A stretch of 64,000 nucleotides of DNA. Origin: Dehalococcoidia bacterium (GTDB lineage Bacteria; Chloroflexota; Dehalococcoidia; Bin125). The DNA lies in NCBI GenBank assembly GCA_965208665.1, contig CBDBPH010000001.1, positions 1,098,717 to 1,162,716 on the forward strand, given 5' to 3'. Under the pieces are notes generated by a model. That model was not told the DNA's origin, did not search any database, and saw only the letters and a program-made list of their open reading frames with translations. Shown piece after piece: positions 49,549 through 57,790 of the stretch; position 1 is the stretch's first letter; every line of letters begins with the position of its first letter. The position numbers and the translations under genes are program-made.

Positions 49549-50751
49549 CTATTCCAGGATGGTCGTGACCGCGCCCGCGCCGACTGTGCGGCCGCCCTCG
49601 CGAATCGCGAAACGCAAACCCTCCTCCAGCGCAATCGGCGAGATCAGGCGCACCTGCATCTGCACGTTGTCCCCAGGCATCGCCATCTCCACCCCCTCCG
49701 GCAAGCCAATCTCGCCCGTCACATCCGTCGTGCGAATGTAAAACTGCGGTCGGTAGCCCGGGAAAAACGGACTGTGCCGCCCGCCCTCGTCCTTACTCAG
49801 GATGTACACCTCCGCCGTAAACGCTGTGTGCGGCGTGATCGAACCCGGCGCCGCCAACACCTGTCCGCGCGTGATCTCGTCCCGGTCAATGCCACGCAAC
49901 AGACAACCCACGTTGTCCCCCGCCTCGCCCGTCGGCAGCGTCTTCTTGAACATCTCCACGCCCGTCACCACCGTCGTGCGCGTGTCCTTGATCCCCACTA
50001 TCTCAATCTCCTCGCCACTGTTCACCACCCCCCGCTCGATCCGCCCCGTCGCCACCGTGCCCCGCCCCTTGATCCCGAACACGTCCTCAATCGGCATCAA
50101 AAACGGCTGCTCCACCGGCCGCGGCGGCGTCGGCACGTACTCGTCCACCGCCTCCATCAACTCCATGATCGAGGCGTACTCCGCCGCACTCGGATCCGTC
50201 GAGTCCGACTCCAACGCGTGCAACGCCGAACCGCGGATCACCGGAATGTCGTCCCCCGGAAACTCGTAGTCACTGAGCAGCTCCCTGACCTCCAACTCGA
50301 CCAGGTCCAACAACTCCTCGTCGTCCATCTGATCCACCTTGTTCAGGTAGACCACCATCCGCGGCACCCCCACCTGGCGCGCCAACAAGATGTGCTCCCG
50401 CGTCTGCGGCATCGGTCCGTCCGGAGCGGCGACGACGAGAATCGCGCCGTCCATCTGCGCCGCACCCGTAATCATGTTCTTGATGTAATCCGCGTGACCC
50501 GGCGCGTCAATGTGCGCGTAGTGCCGCTGCTCCGTCTCGTACTCCACGTGCGCAATCGCAATCGTGATCCCCCGCGCGCGCTCCTCCGGCGCCTTGTCAA
50601 TCGAGTCGAAACTCGAAAACGACACGTTCTCCGACTGCATCGCCAACGCCTTCGTGATCGCCGCCGTCAGCGTCGTCTTGCCGTGATCCACGTGCCCAAT
50701 CGTGCCCACGTTCACGTGCGGCTTGGTTCGCTCGTATACCTGTCGCGCCAT
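49549..50751 (-). CDS. tuf: Elongation factor Tu (copy 2, tRNA-linked tufB-like copy)
   Basis: 400 aa, differing from copy 1 by a single residue (YETEQRHY here versus YETEARHY). Nucleotide identity is confined to the coding region. Confidence 0.97.
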   Translation of the reverse strand: MARQVYERTKPHVNVGTIGHVDHGKTTLTAAITKALAMQSENVSFSSFDSIDKAPEERARGITIAIAHVEYETEQRHYAHIDAPGHADYIKNMITGAAQMDGAILVVAAPDGPMPQTREHILLARQVGVPRMVVYLNKVDQMDDEELLDLVELEVRELLSDYEFPGDDIPVIRGSALHALESDSTDPSAAEYASIMELMEAVDEYVPTPPRPVEQPFLMPIEDVFGIKGRGTVATGRIERGVVNSGEEIEIVGIKDTRTTVVTGVEMFKKTLPTGEAGDNVGCLLRGIDRDEITRGQVLAAPGSITPHTAFTAEVYILSKDEGGRHSPFFPGYRPQFYIRTTDVTGEIGLPEGVEMAMPGDNVQMQVRLISPIALEEGLRFAIREGGRTVGAGAVTTILE

Positions 50752-50823
50752 CGTGTCGCTCTCCCTGCAGCTGGCTGCTGTCTAGCTGGTCCTCGGACCG
50801 GTAATCCTCTAGTTGGCGGCGGA

Positions 50824-50901
50824 TGGAGCCCGCATCCAGACTTGAACTGGAGACCTCGTTCTTACCAAGAACGCGCTCTACCGACTGAGCTATGCGGGCC
50901 C
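50824..50901 (-). tRNA. tRNA-Thr (anticodon GGU)
   Basis: Reverse complement reads GGGCCCGCATAGCTCAGTCGGTAGAGCGCGTTCTTGGTAAGAACGAGGTCTCCAGTTCAAGTCTGGATGCGGGCTCCA. The cloverleaf folds, the anticodon loop TTGGTAA gives GGT, and CCA is encoded. Confidence 0.85.
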
Positions 50902-51028
50902 GTATCTGCCTTCCAAAACCGTCTGTACTGCTCCGTCCGAGCCGTCACTATCGATCCGGCCCATTCCGATGCCAGAACCGCTGGCAACGCTTCACCGTGC
51001 CGCGGCGGCCCACAATTGCTGACTGTGC

Positions 51029-51114
51029 TGGTGCCGGGGGCAGGATTCGAACCTGCGAAGCCTTTCGGCGCCGGTTTTACAGACCGGTGGTATTAGCCAC
51101 TCACCCACCCCGAC
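51029..51114 (-). tRNA. tRNA-Tyr (anticodon GUA, long variable arm)
   Basis: Reverse complement reads GTCGGGGTGGGTGAGTGGCTAATACCACCGGTCTGTAAAACCGGCGCCGAAAGGCTTCGCAGGTTCGAATCCTGCCCCCGGCACCA. The anticodon loop CTGTAAA gives GTA, and the acceptor stem pairs GTCGGGG/CCCCGGC. Confidence 0.85.
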
Positions 51115-51217
51115 ACTCTTCTCATCTTACTCCCATCCTCCTCCTCCGCACATCCACCGGACAGCCCCGCAGAGCGTCAATCTCTGTTCACCAGCACGCA
51201 AACAGATCGAGTCCAAC

Positions 51218-51293
51218 TGGAGCCCAAGGGGGGATTCGAACCCCCAACCTGCCGATTACAAATCGGCTGCGCTGCCAATTGCGCCACCTGGGC
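51218..51293 (-). tRNA. tRNA-Thr (anticodon UGU)
   Basis: Reverse complement reads GCCCAGGTGGCGCAATTGGCAGCGCAGCCGATTTGTAATCGGCAGGTTGGGGGTTCGAATCCCCCCTTGGGCTCCA. The anticodon loop TTTGTAA gives TGT. Confidence 0.85.
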
Positions 51294-51354
51294 CTGCCTC
51301 GATCCTAGACCGATCTCCCCATCGCGATCCGTTGTGAGCTAGGGCTCAGCTCCT

Positions 51355-51420
51355 CCTGTCTCCTCCCCCTGCGGGAGAGGGTTAGCGCCTGCCCCGCACT
51401 TGATGCGGGGGGTGCGGACC
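51355..51420. repeat. GC-rich palindromic intergenic repeat element (family member 1)
   Basis: Contains the hairpin GCCCCGCACTTGATGCGGGG and an upstream GAGAGGGTTAGCGCCTGCCCC segment. Both segments recur at 56821..56950. Confidence 0.6.
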
Positions 51421-51528
51421 CATCCATCGACAGTTTTTTGCACTTGACGACGTCAACTGGCTCCCTATCCTGCTATTGCGTTTATTCATCATTCCGAACA
51501 TCCAATAAACGCTTGGTAAGGGACTCCC

Positions 51529-52260
51529 GTGACACGCATCCTGATTGCCGCCGTTGCAGCGGCATTCGTGGCCGGCGCCATCGGCCTGGCCTCCATGCAA
51601 CCGGTCTCCGCCCAACCCGGCGGACCATCCGTCTGCCTCTCCCTCCCGCCCGGAGACCACACCTTCACCGCTCCCTCGCAGGACCGTGAGGGCGAGGTGT
51701 CGTTCACGGTCACCGTCGGAGATGGCGGCCTCGTGACCGCCTTCACCGAGCCGGGCGGACAGTCGATCCCACCCGTCGCGATGCTCGAAATCTTCACCGG
51801 CGAAGACGCCTACCCACTCCCGGAAGGTGTCTCATTCATCGAATGTGAAGCTTCCGGCGACGGCATGCAGGAGGCCGGCAAGGCGCCCGAGCTGTGTCTC
51901 AACCTCGATCCGGGCACCTACGAGGAATCCGTCAGCGCCAGCGGCAGGGTCGTCGACATCACGATCCACGTCGGCGAAGGCAACCGGTTGATCGCGGTCG
52001 ACGTCCTTGGCGAATCATACGGGCCCGCCGAAGCGCTCGACCTGCTCGCCCAGTTCGGCGCATCCATCCCGCCCCACATCGAGATCGTGCCGTGTGAGCC
52101 GACCAAGGCATTCCCCTACACCGGTAGCGGTGGCCTCGCCGACACAAGCAGTCTCGCCGGCCTCTGGGCCGGACTGGCTTCGCTCGCCGTGGTCCTGATC
52201 TCGATCGCCGCCTTCAGGCAACGACGACGCATCGTCATTCGCCGCGACGACGAAGTCTAG
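51529..52260 (+). CDS. Secreted protein with C-terminal sortase-type sorting signal (cell-surface anchored candidate)
   Basis: N-terminal signal peptide (MTRILIAAVAAAFVAGAIGLASMQPVSAQP). The C-terminus reads FPYTGSGG, then a ~25-aa hydrophobic helix, then RQRRRIVIRR, that is an LPXTG-like tripartite motif / TM / basic-tail architecture. Confidence 0.7.
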   Translation: MTRILIAAVAAAFVAGAIGLASMQPVSAQPGGPSVCLSLPPGDHTFTAPSQDREGEVSFTVTVGDGGLVTAFTEPGGQSIPPVAMLEIFTGEDAYPLPEGVSFIECEASGDGMQEAGKAPELCLNLDPGTYEESVSASGRVVDITIHVGEGNRLIAVDVLGESYGPAEALDLLAQFGASIPPHIEIVPCEPTKAFPYTGSGGLADTSSLAGLWAGLASLAVVLISIAAFRQRRRIVIRRDDEV

Positions 52261-53720
52261 AAGCGCAACGCGCTCTCAACCAGCGACTCGGCGCCGGGCT
52301 CCTCCTCGACCTGCTCAGGTTCAGGCTGGACTCGGCGCCAACGCGTTCCGTCGCGCGTGTCCTCCAGCGCCACACCCAGATCCGTCAGACGATCGCGAAC
52401 CGAATCCGCCAGCTCGTACTGCCTCGCCCCGCGCAACTCCTGGCGGATTGAGACCAGCAGGTCAATAAACGGCTCCGCGTCCGACTCACCGCTCGCGGAC
52501 ACACCGGCGAAGCCGAGACCGAGCACGTCGCCCAGCTCGACGAGGGCTCGCTGGGCCAACCCGGCCGGGCGATCGTCGGAGCGCGCCCGATTGACCTCCC
52601 GCGCCAGGTCGAACAACACCGCCAGCGCCTGCGGCGTGTTCAGATCATCGTCCAGCGCCGCGATAAACGTCTCCCGCGCGTCGGTCGGATCGAGCTCACC
52701 CTCGCCGTCGACCAGCGGAAGCATCGCCGCCGTTCGCAACCGCTCCGCTCCGCGCGCCGCAGCCGACAACGACTCCTCCGAGTAGGTCAGCGGCGAACGG
52801 TAGTGCCCGCCCAGGACGAACATCCGCAGGCCGTCCGCGCCGTATCGATCCAGGCCCTCGCGCAACGCGACGATCTTGCCGGTCGACTTCGACATCTTCT
52901 CCCCGCCGACCTGCATCATCGCGTTGTGCATCCAGTGACGCACGAACGGATCGAGGCCCGAATATCCCTCCGACTGAGCGATCTCATTCTCGTGATGCGG
53001 AAAAATCAGATCCATCCCGCCGCCGTGTAGATCGATCTGCTCACCCAGGTAACGAATTGACATCGCCGAACACTCGATATGCCAGCCCGGACGACCCGGC
53101 CCCCACGGACTCTCCCACTGCGGCTCGCCCGGCTTCGCGCCCTTCCAGAGCGTGAAGTCCATCGCGTGCTCTTTTGCGACGCCGATGTCGGTCGGTTCCG
53201 CCGAGATCATGTCGTCCAACGACCGGCCCGAGAGCTTGCCGTAGCCGGGCATCTCGCCGACGCGAAAGTACACGTCGCCGCCCGCCGGATAGGCCATGCC
53301 CTTCTCGATCAGCTCGCCGATCAGATCCAGCATCTGCGGAATCTCCTCGGTCGCCCGCGGATGCACATCGGCCGGCGCGATGCCCAGCTCGCGCCACTCG
53401 CCCATGAACGAGGAGATCTGCCGTTCTGCCAACTCAGAGACCGAAATCCCCTCCTGCGCCGCGCGAGCGATGAGCTTGTCGTCGACATCCGTGAAGTTGT
53501 ACACCAGCCGCACGCGCCGCCCGCGCCACTCCAGAAACCGCCGAAGCGTGTCGAAGATGATGATCGACATCGCGTGGCCCAGATGTGCGTCGTCGTACGG
53601 CGTGATCCCGCAGACGTACATCGAGATCGGATCATCCAACGGCTCAAACGGCTGTTTGCGACGTGTCAGCGTGTTGTACAGCTTCACGGACCAACCCCCA
53701 AGCGCGATCAATACAGGCAA
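52257..53720 (-). CDS. cysS: Cysteine--tRNA ligase
   Basis: HLGHA (HIGH) motif, KMSKS motif and zinc-binding Cys in class I aaRS order. Confidence 0.95.
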   Translation of the reverse strand: MPVLIALGGWSVKLYNTLTRRKQPFEPLDDPISMYVCGITPYDDAHLGHAMSIIIFDTLRRFLEWRGRRVRLVYNFTDVDDKLIARAAQEGISVSELAERQISSFMGEWRELGIAPADVHPRATEEIPQMLDLIGELIEKGMAYPAGGDVYFRVGEMPGYGKLSGRSLDDMISAEPTDIGVAKEHAMDFTLWKGAKPGEPQWESPWGPGRPGWHIECSAMSIRYLGEQIDLHGGGMDLIFPHHENEIAQSEGYSGLDPFVRHWMHNAMMQVGGEKMSKSTGKIVALREGLDRYGADGLRMFVLGGHYRSPLTYSEESLSAAARGAERLRTAAMLPLVDGEGELDPTDARETFIAALDDDLNTPQALAVLFDLAREVNRARSDDRPAGLAQRALVELGDVLGLGFAGVSASGESDAEPFIDLLVSIRQELRGARQYELADSVRDRLTDLGVALEDTRDGTRWRRVQPEPEQVEEEPGAESLVESALRF

Positions 53721-53760
53721 CGGCTATCGATCAAAGCCTAATCAACCCTCCCGTCACCCA

Positions 53761-53812
53761 TCTCCCCCCGCTTCGCGGGGGGCGATGCCGAATGCAGAGG
53801 GGGACACGCTCC
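53761..53812. repeat. GC-rich palindromic intergenic repeat element (family member 2)
   Basis: TCTCCCCCCGCttcGCGGGGGGcGATGCCGAAtGCAGAGGGGG is near-identical to 56963..57010 (TCTCCCCCCGCctccgGCGGGGGGaGATGCCGAAgGCAGAGGGGGG). Confidence 0.6.
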
Positions 53813-53826
53813 GATCCCGACGAGCC

Positions 53827-54537
53827 TTATCCCGCAGCCGTCTCTCCCGGCTGATCACCCGCATCATCCACCTGATCCCGCAGTCGCCGAATCTCCAACC
53901 GCAACTCTGCCACCGACAACTCGAGCGACTCAATCCGGTCATGCTCCGGGTCTGGCAGACGCAACACCGTGTCGTCCCCCGGGTCGTAGTAGGCCACCAC
54001 GTGCCCGGGCACGCCGACCACCGTCGAGTGCGGCGGCACGTTCGAGACCACCACCGCTCCAGCCCCAATTCGCGCTCCGGTCCCAATCGAGACCGCGCCA
54101 ATGATCGAGGCCCCGGCGCCCACCAGCACGTCGGCGCCGAACATCGGGTGGCGCTGCTTGCGCATCGTCGATGTCCCGCCCAGTGTGACCCCCTGGTGCA
54201 GGTGGCAACGCTTGCCGAGTCGCGCTGTCTCCCCGATCACCACCCCCATGCCGTGGTCAATCAAACACGGCGTGGCGATCTGCGCCCCCGGGTGAATCTC
54301 GATCCCGGTCATGTTCCGCCCCAGGTGGGACAGAAATCGGGGCAACACCGGAACCTCAAGCCGAAGCAGAGCGCCCGATATCCGATGCAGCATCAACGCG
54401 TGAACACCGGGATAGGCGAGCAGCACCTCGACCCAGTTCGTCGCCGCTGGATCGCGCTCCATCGTGAACTGGATGTCCGCCCACGTATTGTCGACGAACG
54501 AGTTGTACCAACCGGCAAGCCGTACCAGGAGCTCCAT
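53827..54537 (-). CDS. cysE: Serine O-acetyltransferase
   Basis: N-terminal SAT helical domain plus left-handed beta-helix hexapeptide repeats (GVVIGETARLG...GVTLGG...). Confidence 0.93.
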   Translation of the reverse strand: MELLVRLAGWYNSFVDNTWADIQFTMERDPAATNWVEVLLAYPGVHALMLHRISGALLRLEVPVLPRFLSHLGRNMTGIEIHPGAQIATPCLIDHGMGVVIGETARLGKRCHLHQGVTLGGTSTMRKQRHPMFGADVLVGAGASIIGAVSIGTGARIGAGAVVVSNVPPHSTVVGVPGHVVAYYDPGDDTVLRLPDPEHDRIESLELSVAELRLEIRRLRDQVDDAGDQPGETAAG

Positions 54538-54559
54538 GTCAGCAGCCTATACGTCCTCG

Positions 54560-55771
54560 CTATCCGTCCTCGTTATGCGGGCGTCTCACCCGCAGCGTTG
54601 CCACGGCGTGCGCGGCGATTCCCTCGCCGCGCCCCAGCGCCCCCATCCCTTCGGCGGTCGTCGCGGCGACGTTGACCGCTAACCTCCCGAGCCCCAGTGC
54701 CGCTGCCAACTCGCCGCGCATCGCCTCCACGTGAGGCCGCAGCCGCGGACGTTCGGCAATCACCGTGGCATCAACCGACTGAGGACTCGCGCCCACGGCG
54801 GCCAGCCGTTCCAGAACCATCGGCAGCATCGCGATGGAACTCGCATCTTCCCATTCGGGTTCCGAAGTTCCAAAGTGAGCGCCGATATCGCCCAATCCCC
54901 CGCCGCCCAGCAGCGCATCGATGATCGCATGCGTCAGGACGTCGGCATCCGAGTGTCCGGCCAGACCGGCCGCGTCGGGAACCGTGACGCCGCCCAGGAC
55001 GAGTTCGCGCTCGGGCGTGAAGCGATGGAAGTCGATCCCGATTCCCGTTCGCACCTCGAATGTCGCGCCGAGCAACGCCTCCGCGACCACGAGGTCCGAC
55101 GGCGACGTGATCTTCGGATTGGGCTCGCCCATATCGTGCACCACCACCGACTCGCCCAGTCGCTCGACAAGCGCAGCGTCGTCGGTGGCCAGGACTCCGT
55201 CCCGCTGCGCCTGTTCGTGAGCGCGTCGCAGCGTCTCCGCTCGAAACACTTGCGGAGTCGCCACCGCTCGCAGCGTCGAACGAGTCGGCGTCGCCTGGAT
55301 CTGCGCGCGCTCGTCAACCACCTTGATCGTGTCCACTGCCGGTCCGCCGGCAACCACCCCGACGCCGTCCCGGGCGCGATCGACGCAGCCGGCGATGGCT
55401 CGCGCCGAAATCATCGGACGTGCGCCGTCGTGCACCGCCACGACTCCCGCGTTTCGCAGCGCCGCCAGCCCGGCGCCGACCGAATCCTGTCGCTCCTGGC
55501 CCCCGGTCACCAGGGCCCGGACCTTGTCAAGCCCGCGGCAGAGTTCCGCGACGGCCGATCGATTCGCCTCCGATGTCACCACCACGATGTCGGTAACCGC
55601 TTCGCAATCCTGGAACGCAGCCAGGCTCCAACTCAACACGGGGCGCCCGGCCAGGTCTGCCAGCAGCTTGTCTCCGCCCCCCATCCGACGGCTGCTGCCG
55701 GCCGCCAGGATGATTGCCCCCACTCTCCCCTCCGGCCTCACGCCCCCGTCCTCACTCGATCTCCTGCTCAA
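54560..55771 (-). CDS. ispDF: Bifunctional 2-C-methyl-D-erythritol 4-phosphate cytidylyltransferase / 2,4-cyclodiphosphate synthase (IspDF)
   Basis: N-terminal IspD (AIILAAGSSRRMG) fused to C-terminal IspF (GIGIDFHRF...GHSDADVLTHAIIDALLGG). Confidence 0.93.
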   Translation of the reverse strand: MSRRSSEDGGVRPEGRVGAIILAAGSSRRMGGGDKLLADLAGRPVLSWSLAAFQDCEAVTDIVVVTSEANRSAVAELCRGLDKVRALVTGGQERQDSVGAGLAALRNAGVVAVHDGARPMISARAIAGCVDRARDGVGVVAGGPAVDTIKVVDERAQIQATPTRSTLRAVATPQVFRAETLRRAHEQAQRDGVLATDDAALVERLGESVVVHDMGEPNPKITSPSDLVVAEALLGATFEVRTGIGIDFHRFTPERELVLGGVTVPDAAGLAGHSDADVLTHAIIDALLGGGGLGDIGAHFGTSEPEWEDASSIAMLPMVLERLAAVGASPQSVDATVIAERPRLRPHVEAMRGELAAALGLGRLAVNVAATTAEGMGALGRGEGIAAHAVATLRVRRPHNEDG

Positions 55772-56729
55772 CCGCCAACTGGGCGAATACCATCCGCCCC
55801 GCCTGCGTCTGAATCACTCGTTTGACCACCAGCGAACGCAACTCACCGATCGCCTCCGCCCCCTCCTCGACTACCACCATCGTCCCGTCCGCGAGATACC
55901 CCACGCCTTGGTCCTCCCCGCGCCCGCGTTCGATCACCTCCACTGTCAACGGCTCGCCCGGCAACACATTGGTCTTCACTGCATTGGCCAGCACGTTGAG
56001 GTTCAGCGTTCTCACGCCCTCCAGTTCCGCCACCCGAGCCAGGTTGGCATCCGTCAGCGCCAGCGCCGCGCCGCGCTCGACCGCCATCCGTACCAGCCGC
56101 GCGTCGACATCACCGTCCGATTCCGTCGAACCATCGTCCACAATCTCCGCGCCCACCGTTGCATCCGACTGCAGCCGCGACAGCAACTCCAGTCCCGCCC
56201 GGCCCCGGCCGCGCCTCTGCGAGTCCGAGCTATCCGCCACGCGCCGCAGCTCATCGAGCACGAACCGCGGCACCACAACATTGGCCAGGATGAATCCGCT
56301 GGTCGCCACCTCGGCGATGCGGCCGTCGATGATCGCCGAGGTATCGAGGATCACCTCCGATGGCGCCGGCGGACGGCTCAGCGTCACAGACTCCGCCCGT
56401 CCGCGGACCGTACTCACAAACCGCTCAACCTCGGCACGGCGACCCAGCGCCACCCCGATTCCGATCGGGGCGAGAAGAATCGCCACTCCGATCGGGGCGA
56501 AGTGCCCTGCCGCTCCCGGCAGGTTGTCCAACACCGTCGACAGCAGCGACGCCGCGACCAGCGCAGCAACCAGCCCAAACCCGCCCAGCAGGATCTCAAG
56601 CGTCGACAGCGAACGCCAGATCCCCTGGCGAATCCACGTGACCGGCTGGATCAGCCAGTCCCAAAACCGAAACGCTGCCTCCGTCACGACAGCCCCCAGC
56701 AAAGAAAATGGCGGCCATGCGGCCGCCAA
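55752..56729 (-). CDS. PIN/TRAM domain membrane protein (YacL-like)
   Basis: N-terminal TM segments, a PIN domain (ILDTSAIIDGRI) and a C-terminal TRAM-like domain. yacL-ispD-ispF adjacency is as in Bacillus. Confidence 0.78.
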   Translation of the reverse strand: MAAAWPPFSLLGAVVTEAAFRFWDWLIQPVTWIRQGIWRSLSTLEILLGGFGLVAALVAASLLSTVLDNLPGAAGHFAPIGVAILLAPIGIGVALGRRAEVERFVSTVRGRAESVTLSRPPAPSEVILDTSAIIDGRIAEVATSGFILANVVVPRFVLDELRRVADSSDSQRRGRGRAGLELLSRLQSDATVGAEIVDDGSTESDGDVDARLVRMAVERGAALALTDANLARVAELEGVRTLNLNVLANAVKTNVLPGEPLTVEVIERGRGEDQGVGYLADGTMVVVEEGAEAIGELRSLVVKRVIQTQAGRMVFAQLAVEQEIE

Positions 56730-56814
56730 TCAGTCCAGAGCGGTCAACCGCCCAATAAATCCGGGCGCATCCCTGCGCACTTCCAATCATACAGGATTCC
56801 ATTCCCCTTGGTCC

Positions 56815-57010
56815 GCTATCGGCTCCCCTCTCTCTCCGCGAAAGGGCTAGAGCCTGCCCTCGCGAAGGGGGGGTAAGGGCCTCCCCGTTCCCCGCTCCCC
56901 CTCTGATACCCCGCACACGCTCATCCGACGCCCCGCACTTGATGCGGGGCCCAGCCCCATTCCCCTCTCCCCCCGCCTCCGGCGGGGGGAGATGCCGAAG
57001 GCAGAGGGGG
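56815..57010. repeat. Composite cluster of the GC-rich palindromic repeat family (all three modules)
   Basis: A 410-nt divergent intergenic region carries module A (CTCCCC...GAAAGGGCTAGAGCCTGCCC), module B (GCCCCGCACTTGATGCGGGGC) and module C (CTCCCCCCGC-N5-GCGGGGGGAGATGCCGAAGGCAGAGGGGGG). Confidence 0.6.
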
Positions 57011-57140
57011 GCATCCCCAGCTCCCCCGACTCGATCGCGGACCTGCTCCCCAACCGTCAACTCCGACACACCCTCCGCCCCACATAGAACACCAGTACGT
57101 ATATGATCAATCGCCTATCGCCACCGAGAGGACCCCAACC

Positions 57141-57575
57141 ATGACCGCCGCCAACGCCATGACCGCCCCACGCGCCCCCGCCGCCGTCAACCCGCCGCTG
57201 CCGCTGCGCAAGGATGCCATCCTCAATCACCTCGCCCATCACGCCACCAACGGACCCGCCTACGTCCAACTCGGCGCGACCAAAGCCCTCGCCCGCCTCA
57301 CCGGCCTCTACGCCGAAGCCCGCTACGAGGCCCAACTCGCCTTCGAGACCGCCCGTGAAGCGGTCCGTGAAGCCACCCACGAGGCCACCAGCCGGGCCAC
57401 CGACAAGGCCACCGACAAGGCCCGGACCGCATACGAGCGGGTCGCCCAACTGATGAACGGCGCCGAAGTCACCGAGGAAGACCTCGGCGGCTTCGCCAAA
57501 TTCGTCAAGCAGCGCGAGGAAGCAGAAGAGGAAGAAGAGGAAGGCTCCGGCAATGACGAGGACGAACCACCCTAA
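57141..57575 (+). CDS. Hypothetical helical protein with poly-Glu C-terminal tail
   Basis: 144 aa, predicted alpha-helical with A/E/T-rich repeats (EATHEATSRATDKATDKA) and a C-terminal EEAEEEEEEGSGNDEDEPP tail. No known motif. Confidence 0.45.
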   Translation: MTAANAMTAPRAPAAVNPPLPLRKDAILNHLAHHATNGPAYVQLGATKALARLTGLYAEARYEAQLAFETAREAVREATHEATSRATDKATDKARTAYERVAQLMNGAEVTEEDLGGFAKFVKQREEAEEEEEEGSGNDEDEPP

Positions 57576-57790
57576 TCCACAGACCACCCGGCAGTTCGCC
57601 ATCGTCGAGCTGCTGCACGACGGGCGCGGTTTTTTTCCGACCCACCGCCAACGCCAACTCTTCGAAGCGCTCCTCAGCGCCCCCTACCCCGCTCCAGACG
57701 CCGATCTGGACGCGGACCGCCTGACCGTGCTCTCTGGTAGCGTGAATCCACCAATCGCGTCGCGCTTGAAAGACGACTGCGAGTCCCGCA

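Noticed and set aside
53761-53803. GC hairpin after cysE as a Rho-independent terminator
   Set aside because: Stable stem, but no U-tract follows on the relevant strand. It is better explained as a member of the dispersed palindromic repeat family.
55323-56876. 517-aa plus-strand ORF
   Set aside because: Antisense to ispDF and the yacL-like gene. P/R/S-rich.
51355-57010. CRISPR array hypothesis for the recurring GC-rich repeats
   Set aside because: The repeats are not regularly spaced, have no uniform unit length, are separated by whole genes and have no cas genes nearby.
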